From positions 1 to 34,805 of the forward strand of contig DATHUB010000226.1 of NCBI GenBank assembly GCA_035462695.1: DNA of 34,805 bases, read 5' to 3'. The DNA comes from Coriobacteriia bacterium. GTDB taxonomy: Bacteria > Actinomycetota > Coriobacteriia > Anaerosomatales > PHET01. The notes below the pieces were generated by a model. The model was given only the letters and a program-made list of their open reading frames with translations. It ran no database searches and was not told where the DNA came from. Made by a program: the position numbers and the translations under genes. This document shows, one piece after another, positions 15,595-25,018 of this stretch (position 1 is its first letter; the number at the start of each line of letters is the position of its first letter).

Positions 15595-16305
15595 TCAGCC
15601 ACGCGGCCCCATCCTGTCGTTGATGTAGAGCCGGGGTTCTTTGCCTTGCAGGAGACCGACGAAGCGCCTGTGGTGCGCCGCGTAGACGACAAGTCCCATC
15701 ACCAAGGCAAATGGCCAGTCGGGGGAGTCGAGAAGCAAGGCAGTCGCGGGGAGTGCGAGAGCGGCGGCGACCTGGCCCGCCATCATGTAGCGGGTGAGCG
15801 CGATCACCGCGAGTCCCACTACGACGACGGCCACGAAGTAGCGCCAGTCGTAGGCGAGTAGTGCGCCACCGCCGGTCGCCAGTCCCTTTCCCGTGCGGTG
15901 GAACCTCCGCTTCAGCAGCGCCATCCACAGGGAGTAGTTGTGTCCGATCACCGCTCCCGCGAGGGGGAGCTGGATGACAAGGTATGCGACAGCGGTGGCC
16001 CTCGAATCGAGGGGCCCAAGGGTCGCAGCGGTCGGCATGAACCACAGGGCCCCGAAGCCCGAGAGAGCTTTGGCCAGCGCAACCGGCACGAACCCCTTCA
16101 TCGCATCCGCCACCATGGCAACGACGAACCACACCCAAGACCCGGTTGAGCGCCGGACGTTCATGGCACCGACATTGCCGGTTCCATGAACGGTGATGTC
16201 CTCTCCGGTCACGACTCTGACGATGATGTATGCGAACGGGATGGACCCGATGAGGTATGCGAGAGCGAACGCTCCAGCGAGCAACCCCACGGTAGAGATC
16301 GTCAT
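15595..16305 (-). CDS. plsY: Glycerol-3-phosphate acyltransferase PlsY (acyl-phosphate dependent)
   Basis: MTISTVGLLAGAFALAYLIGSIPFAYIIVRVVTGEDITVHGTGNVGAMNVRR...KGFVPV...IGHNYSLW. ATG 16305 lies one base after the stop of the upstream kinase gene, with AAGGGAG upstream. The ORF track extends to 16407. Confidence 0.9.
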   Translation of the reverse strand: MTISTVGLLAGAFALAYLIGSIPFAYIIVRVVTGEDITVHGTGNVGAMNVRRSTGSWVWFVVAMVADAMKGFVPVALAKALSGFGALWFMPTAATLGPLDSRATAVAYLVIQLPLAGAVIGHNYSLWMALLKRRFHRTGKGLATGGGALLAYDWRYFVAVVVVGLAVIALTRYMMAGQVAAALALPATALLLDSPDWPFALVMGLVVYAAHHRRFVGLLQGKEPRLYINDRMGPRG

Positions 16306-16306
16306 A

Positions 16307-17212
16307 TCACTCCCTTCTCGGCACGACGCACTCGATGGCGCCGGGAAGCATCTCGATCTCGTAGCGGTCCTCCAGAAGCACTTCGCCGTCGACCTGCGCC
16401 GGAACACAGCGCTCGCACTCTATGGTCGCGCTCGTATGCCGCGACATGTGCACCACCTTCATACCGGTGTGCTTACCGAGACTGACGAACGGAAGCCTCA
16501 GCAGGGCCTGGGGGAGCGTGAGCGGGTCGATCATGCACGTGTCGAAGAGCCCGTCATCAGGAACGGCGTCGGGGGTGATATGGAAGCCGCCGCCGTACGT
16601 GGGGCCCTGAGTCATCGCAATGATGAGTGTGTCGAATACGACCGGATCGGCCCCGTCGAAGCTGATGCGCATTTTGAAGCTGTCGAGGTCCTTTAACAGG
16701 ACGTGCAGGAGGGCGGTCAGATAGAGCCAGAGCCCAGATCGGCCTGTGGTGACCTTGTACTCGACTGCTTTGGCGGTCACCTTCGCGTCCAGCCCCGCAG
16801 CGAAGCTGTTGTTGAAGTAGATGCCGTTGCACTTTCCGACATCGAAGCGTCTGCGCTCTCCCGTTGCCAATACAAGCGCTGCCTCGGTCAGGTCAGTCGG
16901 GGTGCCGAGAGTCCGCCGCGTGTCGTTGCCGGATCCGGTGGCGAGCAGTCCGAGGGCGGGTCTTCTGTCCACCGGGATGGTCATGAGCCCGTTCAGGACT
17001 TCGTGCACGGTCCCGTCTCCTCCCGCAGCCACAACCAGGCTGTAGTCCGCCCCTCGCTCACCCGCAATCTGGGCGGCGTGTCCCATGCACTCCGTGATAA
17101 CGGTGTCGTGCGGAAGGTTGACCAGAAGTTGTTCGATCACCGGCACGAGCTTCTTGGTTTCGCCGTGCCTGGCCTCGGGGTTGATGATCAGTAACGTCGT
17201 GCCTGTCGACAC
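16307..17212 (-). CDS. Diacylglycerol kinase catalytic-domain lipid kinase (DagK/YegS family)
   Basis: LLIINPEARHGE...VVAAGGDGTVHEVLNGL...LGLLATGSGNDTRRTLG. Preferred start is GTG 17212 after GAGGGAGGGA. Alternative starts at 17251 and 17311 would abut the divergent tRNA. Confidence 0.85.
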   Translation of the reverse strand: MSTGTTLLIINPEARHGETKKLVPVIEQLLVNLPHDTVITECMGHAAQIAGERGADYSLVVAAGGDGTVHEVLNGLMTIPVDRRPALGLLATGSGNDTRRTLGTPTDLTEAALVLATGERRRFDVGKCNGIYFNNSFAAGLDAKVTAKAVEYKVTTGRSGLWLYLTALLHVLLKDLDSFKMRISFDGADPVVFDTLIIAMTQGPTYGGGFHITPDAVPDDGLFDTCMIDPLTLPQALLRLPFVSLGKHTGMKVVHMSRHTSATIECERCVPAQVDGEVLLEDRYEIEMLPGAIECVVPRRE

Positions 17213-17311
17213 GATTCCCTCCCTCACGGGGACTGCGAGCGAGGCAAGCATAGCGCAGGGCGCTGACGTTGGTCTGGCCCCAGGGGTATGGTAGAGTGCG
17301 TTCTCGCTCAT

Positions 17312-17387
17312 GCCCTCTTAGCTCAGTGGATAGAGCGTCTGCCTCCGGAGCAGAAGGTCGCAGGTTCGAATCCTGCAGAGGGCGCCA
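17312..17387 (+). tRNA. tRNA-Arg (anticodon CCG), CCA encoded
   Basis: 76-nt cloverleaf folded by hand. Acceptor stem GCCCTCT/AGAGGGC, D arm GCTC-AGTGGATA-GAGC, anticodon stem TCTGC/GCAGA with loop CT-CCG-GA, T arm GCAGG-TTCGAAT-CCTGC, discriminator G, then CCA. Confidence 0.92.
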
Positions 17388-17396
17388 ATGAAGATG

Positions 17397-17430
17397 ACGA
17401 GGCCGGCCCCCAAGCGGGTGCCGGCCTCGT
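17397..17430. terminator. Bidirectional terminator hairpin between tRNA-Arg and the convergent EF-G paralog
   Basis: ACGAGGCCGGC-(12 nt)-GCCGGCCTCGT forms a perfect 11-bp stem. Confidence 0.65.
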
Positions 17431-17457
17431 GTTCGTACATACGGTCGTCTTGACCCG

Positions 17458-19527
17458 CTAGTGGCCTTCGGCCCGTTCCTTCTGGTACTTCTCAACAAGC
17501 TTCTTCTGCACGTCAACAGGTACCTGTTCGTACGAATCGATGCTGACTTTGTAGGTGCCCGTGCCGCTGCTGAGGGCTCTCAGATGCGGCGAGTAGTGAA
17601 CCACCTCCGCGTACGGGGCCTGTGCCTTGATGACCTGGACGCCTGCGGCAGGTGCGTCCATCCCAAGAACGCGGCCGCGGATGGAGCTTATGTCGCCCAT
17701 TACGGCACCGGCGTACGCGTCGGGGACCTCGATCTCCAGCGTTGCGATCGGCTCGAGAATGACCGGGTCGGCCTTTTCGGCAGCAGCGCGAAAACCGATG
17801 CGCGCCGCCGTGCGGAACGCCATCTCGTTGCTATCCACCGCGTGCATCGAGCCGTCGAACACGGCAACTTTCACGTCCTGTACCGGATAGCCGGCAATGG
17901 CGCCCGACACCATCGTCTCCTGAATGCCACGGTCGACTGCGATGATGTAGGGCTTGGAGATCTTGCCGCCGACGATCTCATCCTTGAACTCGTAGCCGCC
18001 GCCCGGGTTGGGCTCGAGACGCAGCCAGCAGTCGGCGAACTGTCCTGAGCCGCCCGTCTGCTTCTTGTGGCGGCCTTCAGCCTGCGCGGTCTTGCGAATT
18101 GTCTCGCGATAAGGAATGCGCAGGTCCTCGAGCTCGGCCTCCACGTGGAATCGCTCGTGCAGCCGGGAGATGACCACATCGATCGCGGTGTCGCCCATAC
18201 CCACGAGTACCGTCTGATGCGTTTCCTCATCTCGGCGCAGGATCAGCGCCGGGTCTTCGTCCACGATGCTCTTCAGAGCGGTCCCGAGCTTGTCCTCGTC
18301 CGCTTTGGTCTTCGCTACGATGGCCACGGGGTACAGCGGCTCCGGTAGCGGAAGGCTTTCGAAGGCGATGTCGCCCTTTGCCGAGAGGGTGTCGTTGGTC
18401 AACACATCGCTGAGCTTCGTGAGAACGGCGATGTCGCCAGCCACCGCCGCGTCGATGTCCTCGGTCTCTTTGCCGGTCAACTTGAACACGTGAGCGATGC
18501 GCTCCTTCTTGCCCGTGCGCGAGTCGACGAGTTCGATTCCCGGCTTGAGTACGCCAGACACCACCTTGAGGTAGTTGATGCGCCCCACGTAGGGGTCGCT
18601 CATGGTCTTGAAGACGTGTGCCGAGACTTCTCCGTCTACCGAGAACGGAATCTCTTGCCCGTCGACCGAGTGCATCGGGCCGTGTGCGGTGGGCTCCGGG
18701 AAGAAGGTGACGATTTCGTCCATCAGATCCTCAACGCCCTGAAGCTTGATCGCGGAACCGACGAAGACGGGGATGACCTTGCTCTGCGCGATGGCCAGGC
18801 CCAACAGCTTCTCGAGGTCTTCCTGAGTGAGAGTCTCGCCTTCCAGGTACTTCATCATGAGATCGTCGTCGGCCTCTGCGGTCTTGTCGCACAATGCGTC
18901 CCTGGCTGCTTCGACCGCGGCTACGTACTCTGCCGGAAGGTCATCCATGTGCTCGCCGTCGTCATCGTGGTGATACGCCTTCATCCTGATGATGTCGATG
19001 ACGCCGTGGAAGTCCGCCTCGCTGCCCATAGGCAGCTGAACGGCAACGACGCGGTCGCCGAACTTCGCTTTCAACGAAGCCATGGCCGCGTCAAAATCAG
19101 CGTGTTCTTTGTCGAGGCGGTTGATGAACACGGCGCGAGCGATACCCATCTCGCCGGCGATCTTCCAGAGTCGCTCGGTCTGAACCTGTGGGCCTGCAAC
19201 CGCGTCCACAACGAAGAGGGCCATCTCGGCGGCCTCCATGCCGGCTATCGCATCGGCGATGAAGTCGACATAGCCGGGAGTGTCGATGACGTTGATCTTC
19301 ACGCCGTCATGAACCACCGGGGCGAGCGCGAGGTTGATGGAGAACTGGCGCTTGACCTCGTCGGCTTCGTAGTCGAGTGTCGAGTGCCCGTCGTCGACCG
19401 TGCCGAGACGCTTCGTCGCGCCCGAAAGAAACAGCATCGCCTCAGCAAGAGACGTCTTGCCCGCACCGCCGTGGCCGACGAGTACGACGTTGCGGACCTT
19501 CTCAGTGCTTGATGCTCCCAAGTGCAT
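17458..19527 (-). CDS. Elongation factor G family GTPase. Stand-alone paralog (EF-G2-like), not in an rpsL-rpsG-fusA-tuf context.
   Basis: G1 GHGGAGKTS, G3 DTPGYVDF, G4 position reads NRLD. Full five-domain length (689 aa), with EF-G domain IV/V-like segments (GGSGQFADCWLRLEP..., EPIATLEIEVPDAYAGAVMGDISSIRGRV). In-frame TTG 19521 is an alternative start. Confidence 0.88.
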   Translation of the reverse strand: MHLGASSTEKVRNVVLVGHGGAGKTSLAEAMLFLSGATKRLGTVDDGHSTLDYEADEVKRQFSINLALAPVVHDGVKINVIDTPGYVDFIADAIAGMEAAEMALFVVDAVAGPQVQTERLWKIAGEMGIARAVFINRLDKEHADFDAAMASLKAKFGDRVVAVQLPMGSEADFHGVIDIIRMKAYHHDDDGEHMDDLPAEYVAAVEAARDALCDKTAEADDDLMMKYLEGETLTQEDLEKLLGLAIAQSKVIPVFVGSAIKLQGVEDLMDEIVTFFPEPTAHGPMHSVDGQEIPFSVDGEVSAHVFKTMSDPYVGRINYLKVVSGVLKPGIELVDSRTGKKERIAHVFKLTGKETEDIDAAVAGDIAVLTKLSDVLTNDTLSAKGDIAFESLPLPEPLYPVAIVAKTKADEDKLGTALKSIVDEDPALILRRDEETHQTVLVGMGDTAIDVVISRLHERFHVEAELEDLRIPYRETIRKTAQAEGRHKKQTGGSGQFADCWLRLEPNPGGGYEFKDEIVGGKISKPYIIAVDRGIQETMVSGAIAGYPVQDVKVAVFDGSMHAVDSNEMAFRTAARIGFRAAAEKADPVILEPIATLEIEVPDAYAGAVMGDISSIRGRVLGMDAPAAGVQVIKAQAPYAEVVHYSPHLRALSSGTGTYKVSIDSYEQVPVDVQKKLVEKYQKERAEGH

Positions 19528-19649
19528 CGCCTCCCGAATGAGAAGCGCGCCACGCCGTTGTGACGCGCCGACACGAAGCGGGGACGAAAGGAAGCCCCCG
19601 CGGGTCCTTGGCGTCAGTCTACTACTTAGGCGAGCGCGGTAAGCAGTCC

Positions 19650-19678
19650 TTACCAGTCTTGTCTGTGGCTGGTAGAAT
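19650..19678 (+). promoter_or_regulatory. Sigma-70-like promoter candidate for the cyclophilin/TPR operon
   Basis: TTACCA (19650-19655), a 17-bp spacer, then TAGAAT (19673-19678), about 60 nt upstream of the GTG 19741 start. The spacer plus flanks also form the inverted repeat TACCAG-N12-CTGGTA. Confidence 0.4.
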
Positions 19679-19740
19679 CCCTTGGAATGTTATCGAGCGT
19701 GGGCGCTCATGCCCGCGATTCAATCTGGAGGTCCCTGCCC

Positions 19741-20475
19741 GTGAGTTCGCGCACTCGCACGCTTCTCGTGGCCATGCTCGCCGTGGTCTTTGTGGCCTTC
19801 TTGGCCCTCGCAGGATGCAGCCAAGGTGACAGTACGACCGAAGAAGCGAGGACGCCACCTCCGGCGGGTGAGCAGCCGTCAGAGGAGCAGACCGAGACTC
19901 CGACGGAAGGGGACGCTTTGTACACGCCTGCGTACACGCCTACGGGCAAGGAGACGGCGGTCATCAAGACCAGCAAGGGTGATATCACGGTCGAACTATT
20001 CGGCGACGATGCACCCATCCATGTCGGCAACTTCGTGGAGCTTGCACGCAAGGGCTTCTACGACGAGACCAAGTTCCATCGGTATGTCGAGGGCTTTGTG
20101 GTTCAGGGCGGCGACCCCAACACCCGCGAGTACGATGCGGAGCAGGTGAAAGAGATGGCCGCGCGCCAAGAGCAGGGTCAGATAGAGGGCGACGAGAAGG
20201 TACTCGGTACCGGAGGACCTGATTACATGATCAAGGGCGAGTTCGACCCTGCGCAGAACCCGAACAAGCATGTCGAAGGCGCTCTTGGGATGGCCCGATC
20301 TCAGAGTCCCGATTCCGCCGGTTCGCAGTTCTATTTCGCTCTGAAGCCGCTTACCCAGCTTGATGGTCAGTACACGGTCTTCGGCGAGATCACCGACGGG
20401 CTGGACGTCATGAAGAAGCTGAGGATCGGCGACGAGATCGTTTCGGTCGAGATCCTCGGCGGCACCGGCGAATAG
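19741..20475 (+). CDS. Cyclophilin-type peptidyl-prolyl cis-trans isomerase, lipoprotein
   Basis: Signal peptide with lipobox LLVAMLAVVFVAFLALAGCSQ. Cyclophilin core: ITVELFGDDAPIHVGNFVELARKGFYDETKFHRYVEGFVVQGGDP...ARSQSPDSAGSQFYF...DGQYTVFGEI. GTG 19741, 9 nt after GGAGG, is preferred; the ORF track start is 19687. Confidence 0.88.
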   Translation: MSSRTRTLLVAMLAVVFVAFLALAGCSQGDSTTEEARTPPPAGEQPSEEQTETPTEGDALYTPAYTPTGKETAVIKTSKGDITVELFGDDAPIHVGNFVELARKGFYDETKFHRYVEGFVVQGGDPNTREYDAEQVKEMAARQEQGQIEGDEKVLGTGGPDYMIKGEFDPAQNPNKHVEGALGMARSQSPDSAGSQFYFALKPLTQLDGQYTVFGEITDGLDVMKKLRIGDEIVSVEILGGTGE

Positions 20476-21863
20476 TGACCGTGGACCAGACCAAGTACCA
20501 GGAGGCGCAGCTCGCGTACGACGCCGGTGACTACCGGACGGCGGCGAAGAGCTTTCTGGCCTCTGCAGGACGCGGATCGGTCGGCAACGGTGCGGCCTAT
20601 CACATGGCCGGCAACTCCCTCATGCGTCTGCGTCGGCATGCGGACGCGGTCACTGTGTACCGGCATGCACTGCGGGACGAAACCTACCAGAAGCGGGGAT
20701 CCGTCTTCGCCAATCTGGGAGCCGCCTACGTTTCGTCCGGTGAGCTGAGCGAGGCCATCGCCGCCTACGAGTCCGCTCTCGACGAGCCCGACTACGCGAC
20801 TCCGTACCGGGCATGGCAGGGCATTGCGGCCGCTCACATGGAGCGGGGACGCGCCGAGGAAGCCGCATTCGCGTACCGCAAGTCCGCCCTGGACGAGAAG
20901 AACCCTGACCCAGGCAAGTCCCTGGTGAATCTGGGACTCTGCTTCATGGCTCTCGGCAGGCCTGCCGACGCGGTGGATGCGTATCAAGCTGCGCTCGGCT
21001 TCGACAGCTACGGAGGCCGAGGGAGAGCGCTGGCGAATCTGGGCCAGGCGTACGCGGCCACCGGCGACTATGCAGAGGCCGTCAAGGCCTTCGAGAAGGC
21101 CACACAGCTCCACGGCCACCAGCTCTCCGCCGGGGCGTTGCAGGCTTACGAAACCGCGCGCGCGGCTACGGCGCCCGACCGAGAGACCGTTGAAGGCTGG
21201 GTTACCGGAGAGCTTCCGCCGGTCGGTCAGGCCGACCCCGTGGCGGCGCCCCAGTCCACCGGCTGGGGAGCAGATGAGCTGGCGGCGCTCGCGGCAGACC
21301 TTCCGGTGTCGGAGACACCACCCGCACCCGTCCCCGCCGATCCCGCTGCGCACGCCGCCGAGGCATTAGGTTTCGGCGACGAAGCAGCCGTGAGTGACTT
21401 CTTCAGCAGAACTGAAGAGGACATGAAGGTCCAAGCCCGCGAGGCGCGTCGGGCCGAGCGGGGCAGCAGCAGCGGTGGCCTCGCGAGGGCAGTCACGGTC
21501 GCGGGGATCGGCGCCGTTGTCTTCGCCGTGCTCGTCTCGGCGGCGTATTTTGGCGGCCTCGGCTGGCCGACCCAGAACTCCACCGTCAACGGCCTGTTGG
21601 TCGCCTACTCGAAAGGCGAAGGGGTCGAGCAGTACTGGGTGGCGGTGCCGAACAAGGACGTCGAGCGTGAGATGGCGAAGATCCCACCGCTGAAGGAATT
21701 CACCGTCGACGACGTTAGTCGGGGACGAGACACCTCGACCGTCGATGTCACGGTCACTCCAAGCGACGGCGCGCCGATGCACTACGTGGTCACACTGGAT
21801 CGCGAGGGCGTGGGCTGGCGTGTGACGGGCGTCGACTATAACTGGCGTTCAACGGGCGGCTAG
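20475..21863 (+). CDS. TPR-repeat protein with a single C-terminal transmembrane helix and a small extracytoplasmic domain
   Basis: Several TPR-like units (AYDAGDYRTAAKSF, LGAAYVSSGELSEAIAAYESAL, LGLCFMALGRPADAVDAYQAAL, LGQAYAATGDYAEAVKAFEKA). TM helix AVTVAGIGAVVFAVLVSAAYFGGL. The GTG start shares one base with the cyclophilin TAG stop. Confidence 0.75.
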   Translation: MTVDQTKYQEAQLAYDAGDYRTAAKSFLASAGRGSVGNGAAYHMAGNSLMRLRRHADAVTVYRHALRDETYQKRGSVFANLGAAYVSSGELSEAIAAYESALDEPDYATPYRAWQGIAAAHMERGRAEEAAFAYRKSALDEKNPDPGKSLVNLGLCFMALGRPADAVDAYQAALGFDSYGGRGRALANLGQAYAATGDYAEAVKAFEKATQLHGHQLSAGALQAYETARAATAPDRETVEGWVTGELPPVGQADPVAAPQSTGWGADELAALAADLPVSETPPAPVPADPAAHAAEALGFGDEAAVSDFFSRTEEDMKVQAREARRAERGSSSGGLARAVTVAGIGAVVFAVLVSAAYFGGLGWPTQNSTVNGLLVAYSKGEGVEQYWVAVPNKDVEREMAKIPPLKEFTVDDVSRGRDTSTVDVTVTPSDGAPMHYVVTLDREGVGWRVTGVDYNWRSTGG

Positions 21864-21896
21864 ACGGCCGACCCGAGTCAAGCGAAAGGACGAGCG

Positions 21897-22301
21897 TTGG
21901 AGCAGAAGACCTACGTCATGATCAAGCCGGACGCGGTTGAGCGCGGCCTTGTCGGCCGCATCATCACCCGCTTTGAAGAGGTCGGACTCACGGTGGAACG
22001 CATCGAGCGGGGAGTTGTCACCCGCGAGCAGGCTGCCGCCAACTACGCTGAGCACGAGGGCAAGCCCTTCTACGAGGGACTTGTCGCCTACATCACCTCG
22101 GGTCCAGTAGTGAAGATGGTGATATCGGGCGCCGAGGCTGTGAAGGTGTGTCGCAAGCTCATGGGCGCGACGAACCCGGCCGAAGCTGCGCCGGGCACCA
22201 TTCGTGGTGATTTCGGTCTTGTAATGGATGCAAACGTGATCCACGGTTCGGATTCGCCGGAGTCCGCCGAGCGAGAGATCGCGATCTTCTTCGGAAGCTA
22301 G
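21897..22301 (+). CDS. ndk: Nucleoside diphosphate kinase
   Basis: EQKTYVMIKPDAVERGLVGRIITRFEEVGL...EGKPFYEGLVAYITSGPVV...TIRGDFG....NVIHGSDS, including the catalytic His in NVIHGSD. TTG start. Confidence 0.92.
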   Translation: MEQKTYVMIKPDAVERGLVGRIITRFEEVGLTVERIERGVVTREQAAANYAEHEGKPFYEGLVAYITSGPVVKMVISGAEAVKVCRKLMGATNPAEAAPGTIRGDFGLVMDANVIHGSDSPESAEREIAIFFGS

Positions 22302-22313
22302 TCACGCGCTACT

Positions 22314-22338
22314 CGGGGCGGTCCGCAGGGCCGCCCCG
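22314..22338 (+). terminator. Strong GC hairpin after ndk (terminator-like, weak U-tract)
   Basis: CGGGGCGGTCC-gca-GGGCCGCCCCG forms an 11-bp stem with one G-U pair. The downstream tail CTCGTGTCTG is not very T-rich. Confidence 0.45.
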
Positions 22339-22391
22339 CTCGTGTCTGATCCCCGTCGGACGCGCCATGCCTGGGAGCAAGGGGACCACAA

Positions 22392-23414
22392 ATGTTCTTC
22401 CGCGTGATGGATAAGTCACGCCTTGACGATCTCGTGCGCGGGTTGGCCAAGCAGTTCGAGGTCGTCGGGCCTGTCGCCAAAGGCGACGCTTTTGTTTTCG
22501 GCAAGATCGAGGATCCGTCGTTGCTTCGTCTCGACTACGACACCACTATCCTGCCGCCCAAGAAATACTTTGTTCCGCAGTCCGAAGAGATTCTGAACTT
22601 CCGGACAGCGGACGGCAGTGTGACTGCCGACTCGGCGGAGGTGGCATCCCGAGTGCTGCTCGGCGTGCACCCTTGCGACCTCAACGCACTCATGCTCATG
22701 GACAACATCTTCCTGGGCGAGTTCGAGGACCCTTACTACAAGTCGCGGCGCGAGAACACGCTGCTCATCGGCGTCAGCTGCGAGCCTCGGCAGGAGTGCT
22801 TCTGCAATGCCTGGAATACCGATGAGGTCCACTGGGGGTTCGACATCTTCCTCACGGATCTCGGCGACCGCTTCTTCGTTTCCGTCCGTTCCGTAAAGGG
22901 CGCAGAGCTTCTCGATCGCTACGTGACCACACGGGAGATCGAGCCGGGGGACACCGCGGACTTCCAGCGCAAGACGCGGGAGTTCAAAGACTCGTTCTCC
23001 GCGGACCTGGACACGGCTCAGATCCCACTCCTGCTCGACGCGAAGTTCGACGATCCGGTATGGGACGAACTCGGCCAGCGCTGCCTCTCATGCGGCGCAT
23101 GCTCCATGGTGTGCCCGACATGCTACTGCTTCGACATCAAAGACCGCCTGACGCCCGACGGCACCCACGGTGCGCGCGTTCGCGTCTGGGACAGCTGCCA
23201 GTTCTCTGAGTTCGCGGAAGTCGCCCACGGCCACAACTTCCGAGAGAGCCGTGCGAGTCGTGTGAAGTACCGCTACTACCACAAGCAATGGGGCTACCTG
23301 TCGAAGTTCGAGAGAGTCCTGTGCGTCGGATGCGGACGGTGCCAACGAGCGTGCAAGGCGGACATCAGCCCTCGTGTAGTGATCGAGGCCCTGCAGGGGG
23401 GTGCTAGCCGATGA
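22392..23414 (+). CDS. hyhB: Group 3b [NiFe]-hydrogenase (sulfhydrogenase-type) beta subunit, Fe-S protein (AsrA-like)
   Basis: CLSCGACSMVCPTCYCFDI and CVGCGRCQRACKADI, plus an internal CEPRQECFCNAW cysteine motif. This is the first gene of a four-gene set with overlapping or abutting boundaries. Confidence 0.85.
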   Translation: MFFRVMDKSRLDDLVRGLAKQFEVVGPVAKGDAFVFGKIEDPSLLRLDYDTTILPPKKYFVPQSEEILNFRTADGSVTADSAEVASRVLLGVHPCDLNALMLMDNIFLGEFEDPYYKSRRENTLLIGVSCEPRQECFCNAWNTDEVHWGFDIFLTDLGDRFFVSVRSVKGAELLDRYVTTREIEPGDTADFQRKTREFKDSFSADLDTAQIPLLLDAKFDDPVWDELGQRCLSCGACSMVCPTCYCFDIKDRLTPDGTHGARVRVWDSCQFSEFAEVAHGHNFRESRASRVKYRYYHKQWGYLSKFERVLCVGCGRCQRACKADISPRVVIEALQGGASR

Positions 23415-24274
23415 ACGGCAACGCAGCGGAGGCATACCGCCAACTCAAGGCCAATCCGTATCGCCCCTGGCCGGCTCGCATAACGTCGATAACCGAACTT
23501 ACCGAGACGGAGAAGTTGTTCGAGTTCCGCCTGATCGATGAGGACGTTCGTGAGGCGTTCAATTTCGATTCGGGACAGTTCGTCGAGCTATCGATCTTTG
23601 GAGTGGGCGAGGCACCGATCTCGATCTCATCGGCACCGTCGAAGCAGGGGTTCATCGAACTGTGCGTCCGTGAAGCGGGTGATGTGACGCGCGCGCTGCA
23701 CGCGAAGCAGTGCGGCGACATCGTGGGACTGCGCGGGCCGTTCGGCCGTGGTTTCCCCTTCGAGGAGATGAAGGGGCATGACGTTCTGCTCGTCGCCGGA
23801 GGCCTCGGCATCGCGCCGTTGAAGTCCCTGATCAACCACATTCATGACGAGCGCCATGACTTCGGCAAGGTCACCATTCTCTACGGATCCAAGAACCCCG
23901 CCGAGGTTCTGTTTCGGAGCCAGTTCGACATGTGGCGTCACCGCGAGGACTTCGACTTGGTGATGACCGTGGATCAGCCCGATCCGACGTGGGACGGGGA
24001 GATCGGGTTGGTGACCAAGCTGTTCGATCGCATCGATGTCGACCCGGCCAACACCTACGGCGCCATCTGCGGGCCGCCGGTCATGTACCGCTTCGTCATC
24101 GACGAGATGCGCAAGAAGCAAATGGACGTGGACCGGATATACGTGAGCTTCGAGCGTCGCATGAAGTGCGGCATCGGGAAGTGCGGCCATTGCGGGGTCG
24201 GCCACCAGTACGCCTGCGTTGATGGGCCGGTCTTCAACTACTGGGAAGCCATGAACCTTCAGGAGGCGATCTAG
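23411..24274 (+). CDS. hyhG: Group 3b [NiFe]-hydrogenase gamma subunit, FAD/NAD(P)-binding with a C-terminal [2Fe-2S] (AsrB-like)
   Basis: Ferredoxin-NADP reductase-type fold (FDSGQFVELSIFGVGEAPISISS, VLLVAGGLGIAPL). C-terminal cluster motif CGIGKCGHCGVGHQYACVDGP. ATGA overlap with hyhB. Confidence 0.85.
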   Translation: MNGNAAEAYRQLKANPYRPWPARITSITELTETEKLFEFRLIDEDVREAFNFDSGQFVELSIFGVGEAPISISSAPSKQGFIELCVREAGDVTRALHAKQCGDIVGLRGPFGRGFPFEEMKGHDVLLVAGGLGIAPLKSLINHIHDERHDFGKVTILYGSKNPAEVLFRSQFDMWRHREDFDLVMTVDQPDPTWDGEIGLVTKLFDRIDVDPANTYGAICGPPVMYRFVIDEMRKKQMDVDRIYVSFERRMKCGIGKCGHCGVGHQYACVDGPVFNYWEAMNLQEAI

Positions 24275-25018
24275 ATGGCGCGCGTCGTTGTGATCGGCCT
24301 CGCGAGTGATTTCGGCTGCCAGGTTCAGATGACCAACATGGAGGACGACCTGCTCGACGTTCTCGGCACGATAGACCTGTCGTATTGGCAGCTTGCGTCG
24401 AGCGGCCATATGCCGGCTTCGTACGACATCGCGGTTGTGGAGGGTGCCGTGACCACGGTCGAGCATGTGGAGCTGCTCAAGCAGCTCAGGTCCACCGCGG
24501 CCACGGTGCTCACGATTGGGGCCTGCGCGGTCACCGGAGGGATCCCGGGTCTGGCCTCAGCTGGGTCACTCGAGAAGCGCTTCGACCGGGTCTATGGCAA
24601 CGGCGGCGATACTGTCGCCCCCGGCCGCATCTCTCCGCTGCCCGTGGACGAGGTCATTGAAGTCGACTACCACGTCCCGGGTTGTCCCATCCAGCCACAC
24701 GAGTTCGTCGCTACGCTGCAGAGGGCGCTCATGGGCCTGTCGGACCGTCCGCCGAGAGAACCGCTGTGCGCGTCATGCAAGATGGCCGAGAACGTGTGTT
24801 TCTACGATCAGGGACGGGTCTGTCTCGGGCTCATGACCAGAAGCGGCTGCGGCGCCAAGTGCGTCTCCCTCGGCCGCCCCTGCACGGGGTGCAGAGGAAT
24901 CGCCGATGACGCCAATCTTGAGGCCGCTCAAGACCTTCTCGCCAGACGCGGGATGCGAGTCGAAGACCTGACCGACGCACTTACCCTTTACAACTCGCTC
25001 TCGGAGGCTTTGTCATGA
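24275..25018 (+). CDS. hyhS: Group 3b [NiFe]-hydrogenase small (delta) subunit
   Basis: VVVIGLASDFGCQ...IAVVEGAV...IGACAVTGGIP...HVPGCPIQPHEF...CASCK...CLGLMTRSGCGAKC...GRPCTGCRG. This is the cytoplasmic NuoB-like small-subunit pattern, with no signal peptide. Confidence 0.88.
   Translation: MARVVVIGLASDFGCQVQMTNMEDDLLDVLGTIDLSYWQLASSGHMPASYDIAVVEGAVTTVEHVELLKQLRSTAATVLTIGACAVTGGIPGLASAGSLEKRFDRVYGNGGDTVAPGRISPLPVDEVIEVDYHVPGCPIQPHEFVATLQRALMGLSDRPPREPLCASCKMAENVCFYDQGRVCLGLMTRSGCGAKCVSLGRPCTGCRGIADDANLEAAQDLLARRGMRVEDLTDALTLYNSLSEALS

Noticed and set aside
17312-17457. tRNA-Arg as a possible integration hotspot marking a genomic island.
   Set aside because: No integrase, no duplicated tRNA 3' end (att-like direct repeat) and no change in gene character on either side. 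The flanking genes are housekeeping (lipid kinase/plsY and the EF-G paralog).
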